Positions 17,527-29,600 of a stretch of 64,000 bases of DNA are shown here, one piece after another (position 1 is the stretch's first letter; each line of letters begins with the position of its first letter). The stretch covers positions 6,815,067 through 6,879,066 of the forward strand of contig OZ001293.3 of assembly GCA_963921275.4 (NCBI GenBank), written 5' to 3'. The stretch comes from an uncultured Hormoscilla sp. Its GTDB lineage: Bacteria; Cyanobacteriota; Cyanobacteriia; Cyanobacteriales; Desertifilaceae. A program made the position numbers and the translations under genes. A model generated the notes under the pieces. It was not told where the DNA came from. It ran no database searches and saw nothing but the letters and a program-made list of their open reading frames with translations.

Positions 17527-17859
17527 TTATCCCGATCGATCCGATGGAAAACAGTCATCAAAGGTGACAGCATCGGGGTCGAGAAAACTGGCGATCGCCA
17601 TTTCCATCACTGCTTCGGGAGGATATTCAATTTCAGCAGCATGAGAATGAATCCCCTTCTGGAGATAGTAACTAAAGGCAGATCCGGACCTCTCTTCTAT
17701 TCCTGAAGGCAAATGAGCGATGCCAACAAAACAGGCGATCGCATATTCAATGACATCTTGAGGATCAAATAATGTGGCCCTAGCATAGAATTCTATTACT
17801 TTTTGAACGGGCTCGGAATAAGCATTCCATATCGGCCTTTGGACATATAAATCTTTCAA
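17527..17859 (-). CDS. Hypothetical protein
   Basis: 110-aa ORF with an internal repeat (VIEYAIACF / VMEMAIASFLD). Confidence 0.55.
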   Translation of the reverse strand: MKDLYVQRPIWNAYSEPVQKVIEFYARATLFDPQDVIEYAIACFVGIAHLPSGIEERSGSAFSYYLQKGIHSHAAEIEYPPEAVMEMAIASFLDPDAVTFDDCFPSDRSG

Positions 17860-18249
17860 CAGTTATCTCTTCCTTACGAATGCGCAAATCGCCCGATCGC
17901 CCGCAAAGAACACAGTTAAGGAGGGCGTATCCTCTTGTTGGGGGAACGGGGAACGGGGAACGGGAAACAGGAAACTCGCGCGCAGGGGGCGGCGAGGGGA
18001 TCACCAGCGAACCTGGAAACATCTCAGTCGTGCCTTATTTTTGGTACTCCCCCAAAGCTACCGATGCGCCCAGTTAAGGAGTCTGGTGGGGGCTACGATT
18101 TTCCATAGAGCCCACCACTTTTTAGAGGGCGATCGACCTTTACAATTGCTATGCAATCAAAAGGGGCAAGCTGCTAAAATTAGGGATTGCTCTTAAAGCT
18201 AAACTCACCTTCTTTGAGTTCGTTAATCTTATGCCATTGCTTGATGGAG

Positions 18250-19990
18250 GATTCAAGATGGATTATTTTCTGGGAGTACCGTCGCCGCTAGCATCAGCAT
18301 GCCGAAAGGTTGCGGTCCAAATTCCGTGAAGAGTGCAGAGGTCGTTAGTTTTGAGAGCACGACCTTGGTAGGGGATAAAGCTACTGGCGTTGCACAACTC
18401 CGGGATGATGAGTTATTGCAGATTATAATAATCTGCAATAACTCATCATAAATTTATAATTAGCATAGGCTGATTTTACACAGGAGTACCAATTAGTGGT
18501 ATAATGGATATTAAAGCTAATTTAGAATGTCAAGGAGTTGAATATGAAATGTCCACTCCGGTGCTTCGAAAAAAGTCAATAAAAATGGTCATCTACGTGG
18601 CAAACAAAATTTTCTTTGCAAGAATTGTGGCCGCCAGTTTATTGAACATTATTCTCCACGAGTATATCCGAAAAAAGTGAAAGAAAATTGTTTAAAAATG
18701 TACGTTAATGGCAAGGGCTTTCGAGGGATTGAAAGAATCACTGACGTCAATCATAATACTGTCATCAATTGGGTAAAACAAGTAGCTCAACAAGAGCCTA
18801 TTCTCCCCGAAAACTATGAGATCCGGTTTCAGAGATTGACGAGTTACATACTTATGTAGGTGAAAAAAAGAATAAAAAGTGGTTATGGACAGTTGTTAAT
18901 CATTTTCAACCTGGAATTATAGCATGGACTTTAGGAGACCGCCCGGCAGAAACATTTAAGCCATTGTGGGAAATAATAAAAGGCATCATTTTTTTGACGG
19001 ATGGTTGGCCAGTATATTCAAAGTTTATTGAAGATATTGACCAGATAGTGAGTAAAACTTACATGACTCGTGTTGAAGGTGAAAACTGTCGATTAAGACA
19101 TGATCTCGCTCGATTAAAAAGAAAAACATTGTGTTCCTCAAAATCCGAAGAAATGTTAATGCTTTCAATTAAGTTACTTTGACAGTATTTACGTTATGAT
19201 TTCATACCTGTCTATAGTTAAATCATCCCGTAATTGTGCAACGCCAAGCTACTCTGTTGGAGGCCATCGGTGTAGTGGGCGATCGCGTTAGCAATAGTGC
19301 GCCTAGGGCTACGGGTGTAGGTGCGGATCTGGTCGAGACTGAGGCCCTTTTGGTGAAGAGCGATAATGGTGTGGATCTTAGGCGATCGTGAGGTCAGTCA
19401 AAAAACGGTAGCGGCGCATGATATAGCGTGGCATCTCGGGGTAGCTAGCCATAGGTTTGAGAGTTAGTCCAACGCGGGCGGTGGCGATGACGTTGCGGTG
19501 GTCGGTGAAGGGGAGAGGACGCAGGTGAAGGGGGCTGGTGGTGTCGGTGACTGCGGGTACCGATAGTCCAGTCGAGGTCGGCGATCGTGGTGTAACCGGT
19601 GTGGCTCTGGATGCGATCTACGCAAAGGGAGCAGCCATTAACTAGGCTATCGTTAGGTCGGGAGAAGGTGCGGATCAGGATGCCACCAAAAGCACTGGGG
19701 TCAGCGCCGAAAGTGATATCCAGACCCTTGAAACTGCCGCTTCGGTAGTTGCTACCGTCACGGTGAAAGTACCAGCACCCAGTGGTTTGTTGCATCGGGT
19801 CGTGGTGGGCAAACGGGTCGGGATGCTCGGCGCTGTGATAATAGCATTCAACCTAGACGAGCCTGTGCGCATCACCGTTGATGACTAGCTCCGTCTTGTT
19901 AAGTAAGTGCTCTGCGAGATTGGCAAACCAGGATTGGCCTATAGACAGGCTAGAGTCTGGGCGATCGAGGCGTGCAAGGGCGGTTTTCAT
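18250..19990 (-). pseudogene. Hypothetical (methylpurine-glycosylase-like) gene with an internal stop and frameshifts, interrupted by IS1
   Basis: HRLV*VECYY...HPDPFAH...WYFHRDGSNYRSGSFKGLDITFG...GGILIR; reading continues past the IS; 3' end approximate. Confidence 0.55.
18386..19245 (+). mobile_element. IS1-family insertion sequence with a degraded transposase
   Basis: TIRs GGCGTTGCACAA..CGGGATGA; 8-bp TSD AAGCTACT; InsA-like GKGFRGIERIT.VNHNTVINWVK and InsB-like TDGW.VY, TYMTRVEGENCRLRH. Confidence 0.93.
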
Positions 19991-20148
19991 GGTCACACTG
20001 TTCCCTTCCATATTACAAAACGAAGTGCCGAATGTGGGTTACATTAATTCAACGGCGGGCGTTGCACAATCACACCGATGATGGGCATAGTTGGCAGTTG
20101 TTTTCAACTTAGACTACAAGCCATTTTCAGTTATGCGCAAAAAATGGT

Positions 20149-20309
20149 GGCGTTGCACAACTCCGGGATGATAAGGGTTGAAAATTGTTAATTGTCAATG
20201 GTCAATTGAAATAGTTATAGATGTTCATGAATAGACAAATAATGATTTTCAATTTTCAATTTTCAATTTTCAACCATTGACTGCTATCATCCCAAAAATG
20301 TGCAACGCC
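20149..20309. mobile_element. 161-bp MITE with IS1-type ends
   Basis: TIR GGCGTTGCACA; 8-bp TSD AAAATGGT; heptamer-rich interior. Confidence 0.9.
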
Positions 20310-20456
20310 AAAATGGTATCATCCCCCGTGCTATGCCTAATTTTGCACAACCACTTAACTACGGCTATGCGATCGGGTAATCGTCCACCGTCATATCCGA
20401 GTGCCACCCGTGCCCCCCGAGACCAGATAGCAGATCCAACTACTTTCAAATTTCAA

Positions 20457-21173
20457 TTAACAATTTTCAACAACTCCTAGTTCTCGCAAAACATATCCGA
20501 CTCCTCGGACAGTTTGAATCAAGCGCTGATTCCCCTGGTCTTCAATTTTGATGCGCAAATAGCGAATATAGACCTCAATCACATTTGATTCTCCCAAAAA
20601 GTCGTAACCCCAGACCTGTTCCAAAATCTGTTCCCGGGTTAATACCTCGCGGGGGGAGGACATCAAGCATTTGAGCAATTCAAATTCCTTCATAGTCAGG
20701 TCGATCGCCCGTCCGGCGCGGATAGCTTTGCGGGTAGTCAAGTCTAGGACCAGGTCGCTAAAGCGTAACTGTTCCGTCTCACTCTTGTCAGGCTGTAAGT
20801 AAAGGCGCAGCAGCCTTAAAAGTTCGGAAGTGCGATAGGGTTTGAGGAAATAGTCATCAGCGCCTGCTTCCAGACAAGCTACCCGATCGTCCACCCGATC
20901 GCGAGCCATCAAAATCAGCATCGGTGTCACATCTCCCGCCTGACGCAGTTGGCGGCAGAGGTCTAACCCCGAATCTCCTGCCAGCATCCGGTCGATTACA
21001 ATCAAAGCTGGCTGGAGTTTTCGGGCCAGTTGCATACCCGCGATCGCATCAGAGCCCACCACTGGATCGTAACCCGATTCTTTTAAATCCCGACTTATTT
21101 CCTCAGCTAGAGTAGGATCGGTTTCAATCAGTAAAATCGAGGGGGGATGGGAATGGTAGGCAAGGTTCATCAT
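20457..21173 (-). CDS. nblR: OmpR-family response regulator NblR
   Basis: Receiver plus winged helix (NVIEVYIRYLR); atypical ET/MARD residues; located downstream of NAD kinase. Confidence 0.8.
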   Translation of the reverse strand: MMNLAYHSHPPSILLIETDPTLAEEISRDLKESGYDPVVGSDAIAGMQLARKLQPALIVIDRMLAGDSGLDLCRQLRQAGDVTPMLILMARDRVDDRVACLEAGADDYFLKPYRTSELLRLLRLYLQPDKSETEQLRFSDLVLDLTTRKAIRAGRAIDLTMKEFELLKCLMSSPREVLTREQILEQVWGYDFLGESNVIEVYIRYLRIKIEDQGNQRLIQTVRGVGYVLRELGVVENC

Positions 21174-21176
21174 CCT

Positions 21177-22103
21177 TTAGGGTAGTTCGACAGAAGTTGG
21201 TTTAGCAATATGGGGCAGACCCCAACCTAATTTTTCTCGGAGAATGCGGAAAAACTCCGGCGATTTTAACCGGATGAAGCGAGCTGTGTAAGGCGATCGC
21301 TCTACTAGCACCTCATCTGAGGGCAAAACATAACATCCTGCATTCCCATCTACTACCATCACCAGACGATTAGGAATGACTGGAAAAATTCTCACTGGAT
21401 CGTTTTGACTAAACACCAAAGCTCGGGAGGCTAGAGAATGAGGGCAGATCGGCATCAATTGTAGCACCGGCACTCCTGGGGTGACCACTGCTCCTCCCGC
21501 GCTCAAAGAATAGGCCGTTGAGCCCGTTGGAGTCGATACAATCACCCCATCTGCCGCCATATCTACCGGTGTATGATGTCCCACTTGGATTTCAAAATGG
21601 CACATACTGGTCAACGGTTCCCGGTGCAGCACCATTTCATTCAGGCACAGGGCCTCCCAGATGCAGGTCGAGCCGCGCGACACCTGTACTGTGAGCATCA
21701 TCCTTTCTTCTATTTCATAATCACCTGCCATAACTTTTTCCATGGTGATGGGCAGTTGATTGACATAGGTTTCTGTCAGGAAACCCATGTGACCAGTATT
21801 TACCGTTAGCAGCGGGATGTCGCAGGGGGCCACCTGACGAAAAGCCGACAGCACCGTGCCATCTCCCCCCAGCACCACCCCAAAACTCATCTCCTTACCG
21901 AAACCTGGGGGAATTAGCTGCTCTATGGGTGTATGGCACACGGCTGCGCCTGGGCGATCGGGTTGAGAATAGCCAAGAATTCCTCCCACACCCGTCGTCA
22001 CGCAGATATCCCAGCCCAAAGATGTCAGCTGAGCTTGTAACTCCCTGGCGACGCGACAAGCTACTGGTTTGATTTCGTTATATATTATCCCAGCTTTGGG
22101 CAC
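21177..22103 (-). CDS. nadK: NAD(+) kinase
   Basis: [36 protein letters not shown]. Confidence 0.95.
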   Translation of the reverse strand: MPKAGIIYNEIKPVACRVARELQAQLTSLGWDICVTTGVGGILGYSQPDRPGAAVCHTPIEQLIPPGFGKEMSFGVVLGGDGTVLSAFRQVAPCDIPLLTVNTGHMGFLTETYVNQLPITMEKVMAGDYEIEERMMLTVQVSRGSTCIWEALCLNEMVLHREPLTSMCHFEIQVGHHTPVDMAADGVIVSTPTGSTAYSLSAGGAVVTPGVPVLQLMPICPHSLASRALVFSQNDPVRIFPVIPNRLVMVVDGNAGCYVLPSDEVLVERSPYTARFIRLKSPEFFRILREKLGWGLPHIAKPTSVELP

Positions 22104-22133
22104 GCTACCTACTACTCCTTGGGTTAAATCTGA

Positions 22134-23111
22134 CTAAAAACGAGATTTTAACGGCGTCTTTTTTGGCTTTTTGTTTTTCTGGCGCTGGTAATCTAATTCC
22201 TTCAGTTTCTGCAAAATGCGGCTGAAGTATTCTTGCATATAGGATTTGGTGGTTGTCGTTTCCGACGGGTCTAGTCCAAAGGTGCTGTATACTTCTTCCA
22301 TAGAAGCACTCAGGGGTTTACCAGAACAGAGCACTTCAGCAAAGGCCAATCGGTCAGCTACATTCCACGTCCACTGGAAAAACCGGGCCATTTGGCGCAT
22401 CACACGCAAGAATGAAAGCGGCATCCGCGCTATCTTTGCCTCCCGATCGCTCAGTTTTTCGCATAAACGGATGATCTCATACCCGCTCATCGCCTGGGGA
22501 CCTACAACTGGGAATGTTTTGCCTGCCGTTTCTGGAACCGTAAGGGCATGTACTGCGAACTTAGCGATGTCGATCGCATCCATAAAGGCAATTGGCGAAG
22601 CCTCACCGGTTACCCAAACCGTCTGATTCTCCAGGATGGGAATAGCGTATTGACTGACCAAGCCTTGCATAAAGCCTGCCAGCCGCAGCACCGTGTAATT
22701 CAGACCTGATTGTGCCAACAATATTTCCGTACACCGTTTAATCTCCATTAATGGTACCTGTCGATACTTTTCGGCGTCCAGAATCGAGAAAAATATAAAC
22801 CGGTCCACCCCCGCTGCTTTGGCTGCTTGAATTAGCGCCACCTTTCCTTCCCAGTCTACTTGTTTCACGCTCAGGGAATCTGTCGGTCGGGCCGTAGCTG
22901 CATCAATCACAGCCGTAATCTCCTCCAAGGCCGGAGGTAGACTTTTAGGGTCGCACAAGTTCCCCCGGACCAGTTCTGCTCCCCATTCTTTCAAAAATGC
23001 TGCCTTTCGGGGACTCCGCACTAGACAGTGGACTTGATAGCCCTCGTCTAGGGCCCTACGAGTCACCTGTCTTCCTAAGGTTCCAGTGGCACCTACAACC
23101 AATAAGCTCAT
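22134..23111 (-). CDS. ycf39: Ycf39 atypical SDR (PSII assembly)
   Basis: LLVVGATGTLGRQV, VDWEGKVALIQAA, FFQWTWNVADRLAF. Confidence 0.9.
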   Translation of the reverse strand: MSLLVVGATGTLGRQVTRRALDEGYQVHCLVRSPRKAAFLKEWGAELVRGNLCDPKSLPPALEEITAVIDAATARPTDSLSVKQVDWEGKVALIQAAKAAGVDRFIFFSILDAEKYRQVPLMEIKRCTEILLAQSGLNYTVLRLAGFMQGLVSQYAIPILENQTVWVTGEASPIAFMDAIDIAKFAVHALTVPETAGKTFPVVGPQAMSGYEIIRLCEKLSDREAKIARMPLSFLRVMRQMARFFQWTWNVADRLAFAEVLCSGKPLSASMEEVYSTFGLDPSETTTTKSYMQEYFSRILQKLKELDYQRQKNKKPKKTPLKSRF

Positions 23112-23386
23112 GAGGTAATTTATTACAAATCGTTAACTTTTGATAAGATTTTATCATAAATCTTTACATTACGGAGATCGATCTCCAGGAGCCTACTTGC
23201 CACCAGCAGTATAAAGATACCAATATAATCCTAGGGCAGCGGTTTAAATCACTGCCCCTAGGCCCTAATTTACTTTAGCTGCGCATCTTTTCTCTGAGCA
23301 ATGCTTAATGCCCTATATACATGGAGTATGCTGCGGTAATTAATCTCATATCTGTAGTTTATCAAAATATAACTAGTGATTAAATT

Positions 23387-23860
23387 ATGTCCGATTTTTC
23401 CGGAACGGTGCCTGAAGTAATTAAGTATCGACAGCTGCCGATCGGTCCGCGGACGGCCCGAAAAATCGCGTCGTCAGGTGGTGAGGCCCCTAACTGTGAG
23501 GTGCAGCATCCGGTGGATCTCGCGAACGTCCGCCAGCTACACTCCAAGCTGCTGCCGGTGGAAAAAGCCCAGCGGATGGCTGAGTTTTTCAGCTTGATGG
23601 GAGATGCCAACCGTTTGCGCATTCTATCGGTGTTGGCAATACGGGAACTCTGTGTCTGCGATTTGGCAGGATTGATTAAAATGAGTGAATCGGCGGTCTC
23701 CCATCAACTGCGAGTTTTGCGCTCAATGGGCCTGGTTAACTATCGCAAGCAGGGACGGAATGTTTTTTACTCTCTCTCGGACAGCCACGCGCTCAATATT
23801 TACCGGGAACTGCTTTCCCATCTCGATTTTTCGCGCAGCGTTCGACTGCCAGACACTTAG
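23387..23860 (+). CDS. ArsR/SmtB-family metalloregulator
   Basis: KAQRMAEFFSL.GDANRLRI, ELCVCDLA, SESAVSHQLR; 15-nt elements near both ends. Confidence 0.88.
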   Translation: MSDFSGTVPEVIKYRQLPIGPRTARKIASSGGEAPNCEVQHPVDLANVRQLHSKLLPVEKAQRMAEFFSLMGDANRLRILSVLAIRELCVCDLAGLIKMSESAVSHQLRVLRSMGLVNYRKQGRNVFYSLSDSHALNIYRELLSHLDFSRSVRLPDT

Positions 23861-23947
23861 GGGCGATGGCGGGCACGGCTTCCGGCGTCTTCCGCGTGCT
23901 CTTGTCCTGAAGGACTCGGCACGCGGAAGACACCGCGCCATCACGGG

Positions 23948-24058
23948 CTATTCGGTTTCTTCGGGACCCTGAATTTTGACCAACAAAAAGCCTAAGCCTA
24001 AACCTACCAGAATTAGGGTAGAGGAGAGAACTGCCGCATTAAAAATTTCACCGCCCAT
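23948..24058 (-). CDS. petM: Cytochrome b6f subunit PetM (36 aa; below the ORF-track cutoff)
   Basis: Translated by hand: MGGEIFNAAVLSSTLILVGLGLGFLLVKIQGPEETE; divergent from pdxA. Confidence 0.9.
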   Translation of the reverse strand: MGGEIFNAAVLSSTLILVGLGLGFLLVKIQGPEETE

Positions 24059-24196
24059 TGTTTGCTTTTTCCTTTAGAATGATGGTTTTGACAGCCTGAG
24101 ATCTGCCCAGCTAGGGGAGAGTGCTGGCGCAGTTGCGGGGCTTACGGATGTATTGTAGAACAGTTTGACAGTCAAGGTAAGGAATAAAAAGAAAGT

Positions 24197-25231
24197 ATGC
24201 GCCCTAGTTTAGCTATAACTATGGGAGACCCGGCGGGTATTGGACCAGAGGTGATTCTCAAAGCCTTGGCCGACCCGAGAGTGACTGATAATTGCCAGGT
24301 GACGGTGGTAGGATCGGCCTCGGTGTTGCAGGAGACTTACAACCGCCTGGCAGATCTGGGAGCACCCCTGGCCTCGCCAGACCAGTTTGCCCTCTTAGAT
24401 CTGCCTGCTGATGGGAAAATCACTCCTGGCCTCGGAAATGCTGCCAGTGGGGCGGCTAGTTTTGCTTATCTGGAGACGGCGATCGCCCGGACTCTGGCTG
24501 GCCAGTTCCAAGCGATCGTGACGGGCCCGATCGCCAAGTCAGCTTGGAAAGCAGCTGGACATGATTATCCGGGTCAAACGGAACTGCTAGCGGACCGCGC
24601 GGGGGTGGATAATTTTGCCATGCTGTTCGCGGCCCGATCGCCCTACAATGGCTGGACTCCGATCGTGCTGCTAGCCACTACCCACATTCCCCTGCGCCAG
24701 GTGCCTGACGCCTTGACTCCGGCCTTGCTGAGTAGTAAGCTGGACTTGCTGGTTGATTGTTTGCGCTTTGATTTTGGGATCGATCGTCCCCGCATTGCTA
24801 TTGCCGGTTTGAACCCCCACAGCGGCGAACAGGGACAGTTAGGACTCGAAGAGCAAGATTGGTTAATTCCCTGGATCGAACAGCAGCGTCAGAACTGGCA
24901 AATAGTCATAGAAGGACCGGTGCCACCGGATACTCTCTGGGTTAAACCCGCCCAGGCGTGGTATCGCACCGTTCCGGAAAAATCGGACCGAAATTTTTCT
25001 GTTCCCGATGCCTATTTAGCACTGTACCACGATCAAGGTTTGATACCAGTGAAAATGCTGGCCTTCGATCGGGCAGTCAACACATCTATTGGTTTGCCGT
25101 TTGTGAGAACATCTCCCGACCACGGTACTGCCTTCGATATTGCGGGTAAAGGAGTAGCAAATGCTACTAGTATGAAAGCAGCTCTACAAGTAGCTACTGA
25201 GTTGGCATACCAGAAAAATGTCAAAATTTAA
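24197..25231 (+). CDS. pdxA: 4-hydroxythreonine-4-phosphate dehydrogenase
   Basis: [41 protein letters not shown]. Confidence 0.95.
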   Translation: MRPSLAITMGDPAGIGPEVILKALADPRVTDNCQVTVVGSASVLQETYNRLADLGAPLASPDQFALLDLPADGKITPGLGNAASGAASFAYLETAIARTLAGQFQAIVTGPIAKSAWKAAGHDYPGQTELLADRAGVDNFAMLFAARSPYNGWTPIVLLATTHIPLRQVPDALTPALLSSKLDLLVDCLRFDFGIDRPRIAIAGLNPHSGEQGQLGLEEQDWLIPWIEQQRQNWQIVIEGPVPPDTLWVKPAQAWYRTVPEKSDRNFSVPDAYLALYHDQGLIPVKMLAFDRAVNTSIGLPFVRTSPDHGTAFDIAGKGVANATSMKAALQVATELAYQKNVKI

Positions 25232-25376
25232 TGAGTTTTTTAATGATTATTAACAAAAATTGAGGGTAGATAGGGTCACAATGGAAAAAGTTCCGTATAG
25301 CTGGATACCAAATCCTGGCCACATTAACTGGTTCTAATCGGGCCATCTAACTCAAGCAGCGTCAGAAGAGAAAATC

Positions 25377-25610
25377 ATGAGGGTGAATATGCTACAGTCT
25401 ATCCAATACTCCCTGTCCGTCATCCAAGACGAATCTCGCGAACTGGTACAACGGGGGGAAATCTCTCGTCAGCAGCCTATTTACGTGCTGTGTAAATACA
25501 TTCCGGCTCGTGAATGGAGTTATGTCGAGCTTGAACTAGAAAGCAACGAATATCTACTCAGAGATCGCATAGGCGACTTGCTGGGACGAGAAAAATGGGA
25601 AAATGACTAA
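25377..25610 (+). CDS. DUF4327 family protein
   Basis: YSLSVIQDE.R.LV..G.ISRQQPIYVLCKYIPAREW...LLRDRIGDL. Confidence 0.85.
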   Translation: MRVNMLQSIQYSLSVIQDESRELVQRGEISRQQPIYVLCKYIPAREWSYVELELESNEYLLRDRIGDLLGREKWEND

Positions 25611-25709
25611 AATATGGACAGCGGTTGGGCTCCGCCAGAGGGGTGAGGTAGGTAAGAAAGATCGCCTTACGCTCTGTGGCGGAGCCTCTGCTTGTTTACT
25701 ATAGATTGT

Positions 25710-25740
25710 AACAGGCAAGGGGTCTGACCCCTTGCCTGTT
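25710..25740. terminator. Perfect hairpin between convergent genes
   Basis: AACAGGCAAGGGGTC-T-GACCCCTTGCCTGTT. Confidence 0.6.
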
Positions 25741-25744
25741 CGGG

Positions 25745-26140
25745 CTATGGGGAAGAATCTGATTCGGACTCCCGCAGTTTCTCTAACTCCTCCCGCAGAG
25801 CGATGATGTGAGCTGTTAGTTCCTGTAACTCCTGTTGGATGTCTGCCTCAGCAGTTGGGGTCGCTGTGGTGGTGGCACTGCTGGGGTCGGAGGTACTTGA
25901 AGTTGACTGTGTGTCTTGTCTGGAGATCAGATTATCAACGAAGCTGCGGGCTTCTTGTTCGGTGACTTCTCCTTTTTCGGCCCACTCCTCGGTCAGCTGA
26001 CCGAAATCAGTTTGCATTTTTGTCCAGTTCTCGTCTCTCTTCTGGGGGTCTTGCAAGGACTCCACCAGGGCCGTGGTCGCGCCTAGGGAGACGCGGAAGC
26101 TTTTTTGCATTAGGTCAAACAGGTTGTTATCGGAACTCAT
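25745..26140 (-). CDS. Conserved cyanobacterial coiled-coil protein
   Basis: QKSFRVSLGAT..LVESLQDPQKR, EKGEVTEQEARSFVD. Confidence 0.8.
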   Translation of the reverse strand: MSSDNNLFDLMQKSFRVSLGATTALVESLQDPQKRDENWTKMQTDFGQLTEEWAEKGEVTEQEARSFVDNLISRQDTQSTSSTSDPSSATTTATPTAEADIQQELQELTAHIIALREELEKLRESESDSSP

Positions 26141-26216
26141 CTTTTGCGCTTAATCCGTCCATCGCCCTGATTGTACTCTAATAATCATTTGCTCGCTACC
26201 GCAGCGACGACAACAC

Positions 26217-26337
26217 CATGAATGATCAGTCAAATTTGCTCGACATTGAAGAATTCACCATGAATAGTCAGCAAAATTTGCTCGGCCTTGAGGAATTCAT
26301 CATGAATAGTCAGTAAAATTTGCTCAAGCTTGAGGGA
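26217..26337. repeat. Imperfect 42-bp tandem repeat x3
   Basis: CATGAATrrTCAGynAAATTTGCTCrrC.TTGArG units. Confidence 0.8.
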
Positions 26338-26601
26338 AAAAACATGCCTCAACCCAACCTACATTTTAGGAATTTAAGAAGTCTAAATGCTGGCCGGGAA
26401 TCTGACGGAATTCCTCCGGACAACCAGTTGAATAAAGTATCGGTAGGTTGGGTGGAGTGAAACGGAACCCAACTACAATTTTATTTAACTGGTACTCGAT
26501 TTTTGTGCATGTTCCTAAGTGTTTGGCTCGCAAATGCAGGTAAAAATTTATATTCCGTTAGGTATAGGTATATAACTTGACTGAACTAGGGAGCTAATCT
26601 G

Positions 26602-29600
26602 ATGTTATCTATTGATTTTGATAGTTATCTCAAGTCGATTCAAAAAAATCTAGAAAAAGGAAGCGAACGCACCCACTATCCGGCGTTAAAGGATTTGCTG
26701 GACGCAGGGGCGTCGGGGATTGATGCGGCGATCGAGGAAAAGGGCAATAAGGCAGGGATTCCCGATTTTACAGTGAAGCGGCGGGAGTTGCTGGTGGGTT
26801 ATGTGGAGGCGAAGGATGTGGGATTGGATTTGGATGTGGTGGAGAAGACGGAACAGCTTAAACGCTATCGGGAGGCTTTCTCTAATTTGGTTTTGACTAA
26901 TTATTTGGAGTTTCGCTGGTATGTGGATGGTAAGTGCAGACTTAAGGAGGTTTTGGCCGATCGCCACGGGAATAAGTTAGAACTTTTAGAGGTAGATAAG
27001 GTTGCGGTGCTGTTAGAGCAGTTTCTCAATTTCACGGGGGAGGTGGTGAGAAACCCTCTTGAGTTGGCGCGGCAGATGGCGAGGTTAACAAAAGCGATCC
27101 GGTTGGCAACGGTGCCTTGGAAGAGGAGTCCTCCGATGGGGAGTTGCGTCAACTCAAGCAGGGTTTTAGCGAGGTGTTGCTGCCGGATATCGCCGATGGG
27201 GAGTTTGCGGATATGTACGCTCAGACTATTTCTTATGGGTTGTTTGCGGCGAGGGTGGGTCACGCGCAAGCTGCGGGGGGCGATCGCTTTACTCGGCGGA
27301 CGGCGGGGACTTATATTCCGGCGACTAATCCTTTTTTGCGGCGGTTGTTTAATACGATTGTGGAAACTGACGCGATTAGTCAAATTGATTGGGCGGTTGA
27401 TGACTTGGTGCAGTTGCTTTCCCAGGTGGATATGGGGGGCATCTTGGAGAACTTTGGACAGCGGACTCGCCAGGAAGATCCGGTAGTGCATTTTTACGAG
27501 ACGTTTTTGGGGGCTTATAATGCGGCTTTGCGCAAGAGTCGGGGGGTTTATTATACGCCGGAACCGGTGGTGTCCTTTATCGTGCGATCGGTGGATGCTA
27601 TTTTAAGGGAGCGTTTCGACCTGCCGTTGGGTTTGGCGGATAATGCTAAGGACTCTACTACCCAAAAGCCAAGGGTACAAATTCTGGATCCGGCCACGGG
27701 AACGGGGACTTTTCTTTATGAAGTGGTTAAGCAGATTTATGGTAATTTGGAAAAGATGGGTTTGGCGAATCAGTGGGATAGTTATGTCGAGGAGCATTTG
27801 TTGGGGCGGTTGTTTGGTTTTGAGTTGTTGATGGCTCCTTATGCGATCGCTCATTTGAAATTAGGTCTCCAGTTGCAGGAGTTGGGCTATCGGTTTAAGG
27901 GGAAGCAGCGTTTGGAAGTATATCTGACTAATACTCTGGATGAGGCGATGAAAAAGTCGGAGGTTTTGTTCGGTCAGTTTGTGGCCCAGGAGGCTAACGA
28001 GGCGGCGGCAATAAAACGTGATGTGCCAGTGATGGTGGTTTTGGGTAATCCTCCTTATTCGGTGAGTTCTTTAAATGCCAGCAAACGCAAGCGTAAAGCG
28101 AGTAAAGGAGAACAATATTTGGCGGATGTTAAGTTTACGGGGAAGGAGTGGAATCTAATTTTTAAGACGGCGAGTAAGGATATGACGGTTACGGAGTTGA
28201 CCCATATCGGAGAGTTGTTAGAACGATATAAGGGGCGGGTGCGTTTGGAGGGTGAAAAAAATATTCAGCCTTTGGACGATGACTATATTAAATTTATTCG
28301 TTTCGCTCACTACCAAATCGAACGGACGGGGTATGGTGTTATTGGATTTATTACTAACCATTCTTATTTAAACGGTCTCATCCACCGGGGAATGCGAGAA
28401 GAGTTAATTAAAACTTTCGATAAGATTTATGTTATGGATTTGCACGGCAATTCTTTATTAAAGGAGACTTGTCCTGATGGTTCCCCGGATAAAAATGTTT
28501 TTGATATTCAACAGGGGGTGGCGATTTTAATAGCTGTTAAGGAGAAAAATTTAGGGAAAAACGGTTCGCCTGCCGAGGTTTTTTATTACGATTTGTGGGG
28601 AAGTCGTCGCGATAAATACGAGTTTTTAAATCAAGTAGATATCGAAAGCGTAGCTTGAAATAAATTAAAGCCTGTAGAGCCTAACTTTTTTTTCCCTCTC
28701 GAAAACAATTCAAAAAATATTAAAGAGTACGAACAATGGTCGTCTGTTGCTCAGATTTTTATAAGTTATTCTACGGGGTTTGAGACTGGATGCGATCGCC
28801 ATTTAATTGCATTTGAAAGAGACAAAGTTGACGAATTTATTAAAGTTTTGTTAGATGCTAAAGTTCCCGACGATAAAATTGAGAGTTTGTACGGTATGAA
28901 AAGCACTAGCGGTTGGCCTCTTGCCCGAAGACGTTTACAGCTTATAAAGGATGGATTTCAAGAAGACTGCTTGCTACTAATCAGCTATCGACCTTTTGAT
29001 AATCGCTACAGTTACTACAACAATTTTATTCGACGGGCGCAATTAAAAAATCTAAGGCATTTATGTCAACCAAACTTAGCTTTAATTACTTCCAGAATTA
29101 TTAAGGGAGAAACACCAAATCACTGTTTTTTGACGACAACCCCTACAGACAGAGTTTTGCTATCTCCCACAACATCTAATAACGCTTTTGTTTTTCCCCT
29201 TTACCTTTACCCCGACACGCAAAACCAACAAGGTAATCTATTTGTTGAAAGATATCCTAACCTCTCTTCAGATTTCCTGACAGCCATTCGAGAAAAACTC
29301 GGCTACATTCCCACTCCAGAAGCAATCTTCTATTATATCTATGCCATTTTCCACAGTCCCACCTACCGCCAACGTTACGCCGAATTTCTCAAAATAGACT
29401 TTCCCCGCGTACCCCTAACCGCTAACAACAAACTATTTAACGCCTTGGGAGCAAAAGGCGAGGAATTAGTAGAGTTACACTTGATGAAATCGAAAAAACT
29501 CAACAAACTAATTACCAAAATCAGCGGGGAGAGCGATAATGCCGTTACTAAGATCACTTATCAACCAAAAGAACAGCGAGTTTACATCAACAAAACCCGC

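Noticed and set aside
26901..27491. Long antisense ORFs (also 36801-37361, 46872-47309 and 200-631)
   Set aside because: Shadows of well-supported genes on the opposite strand.
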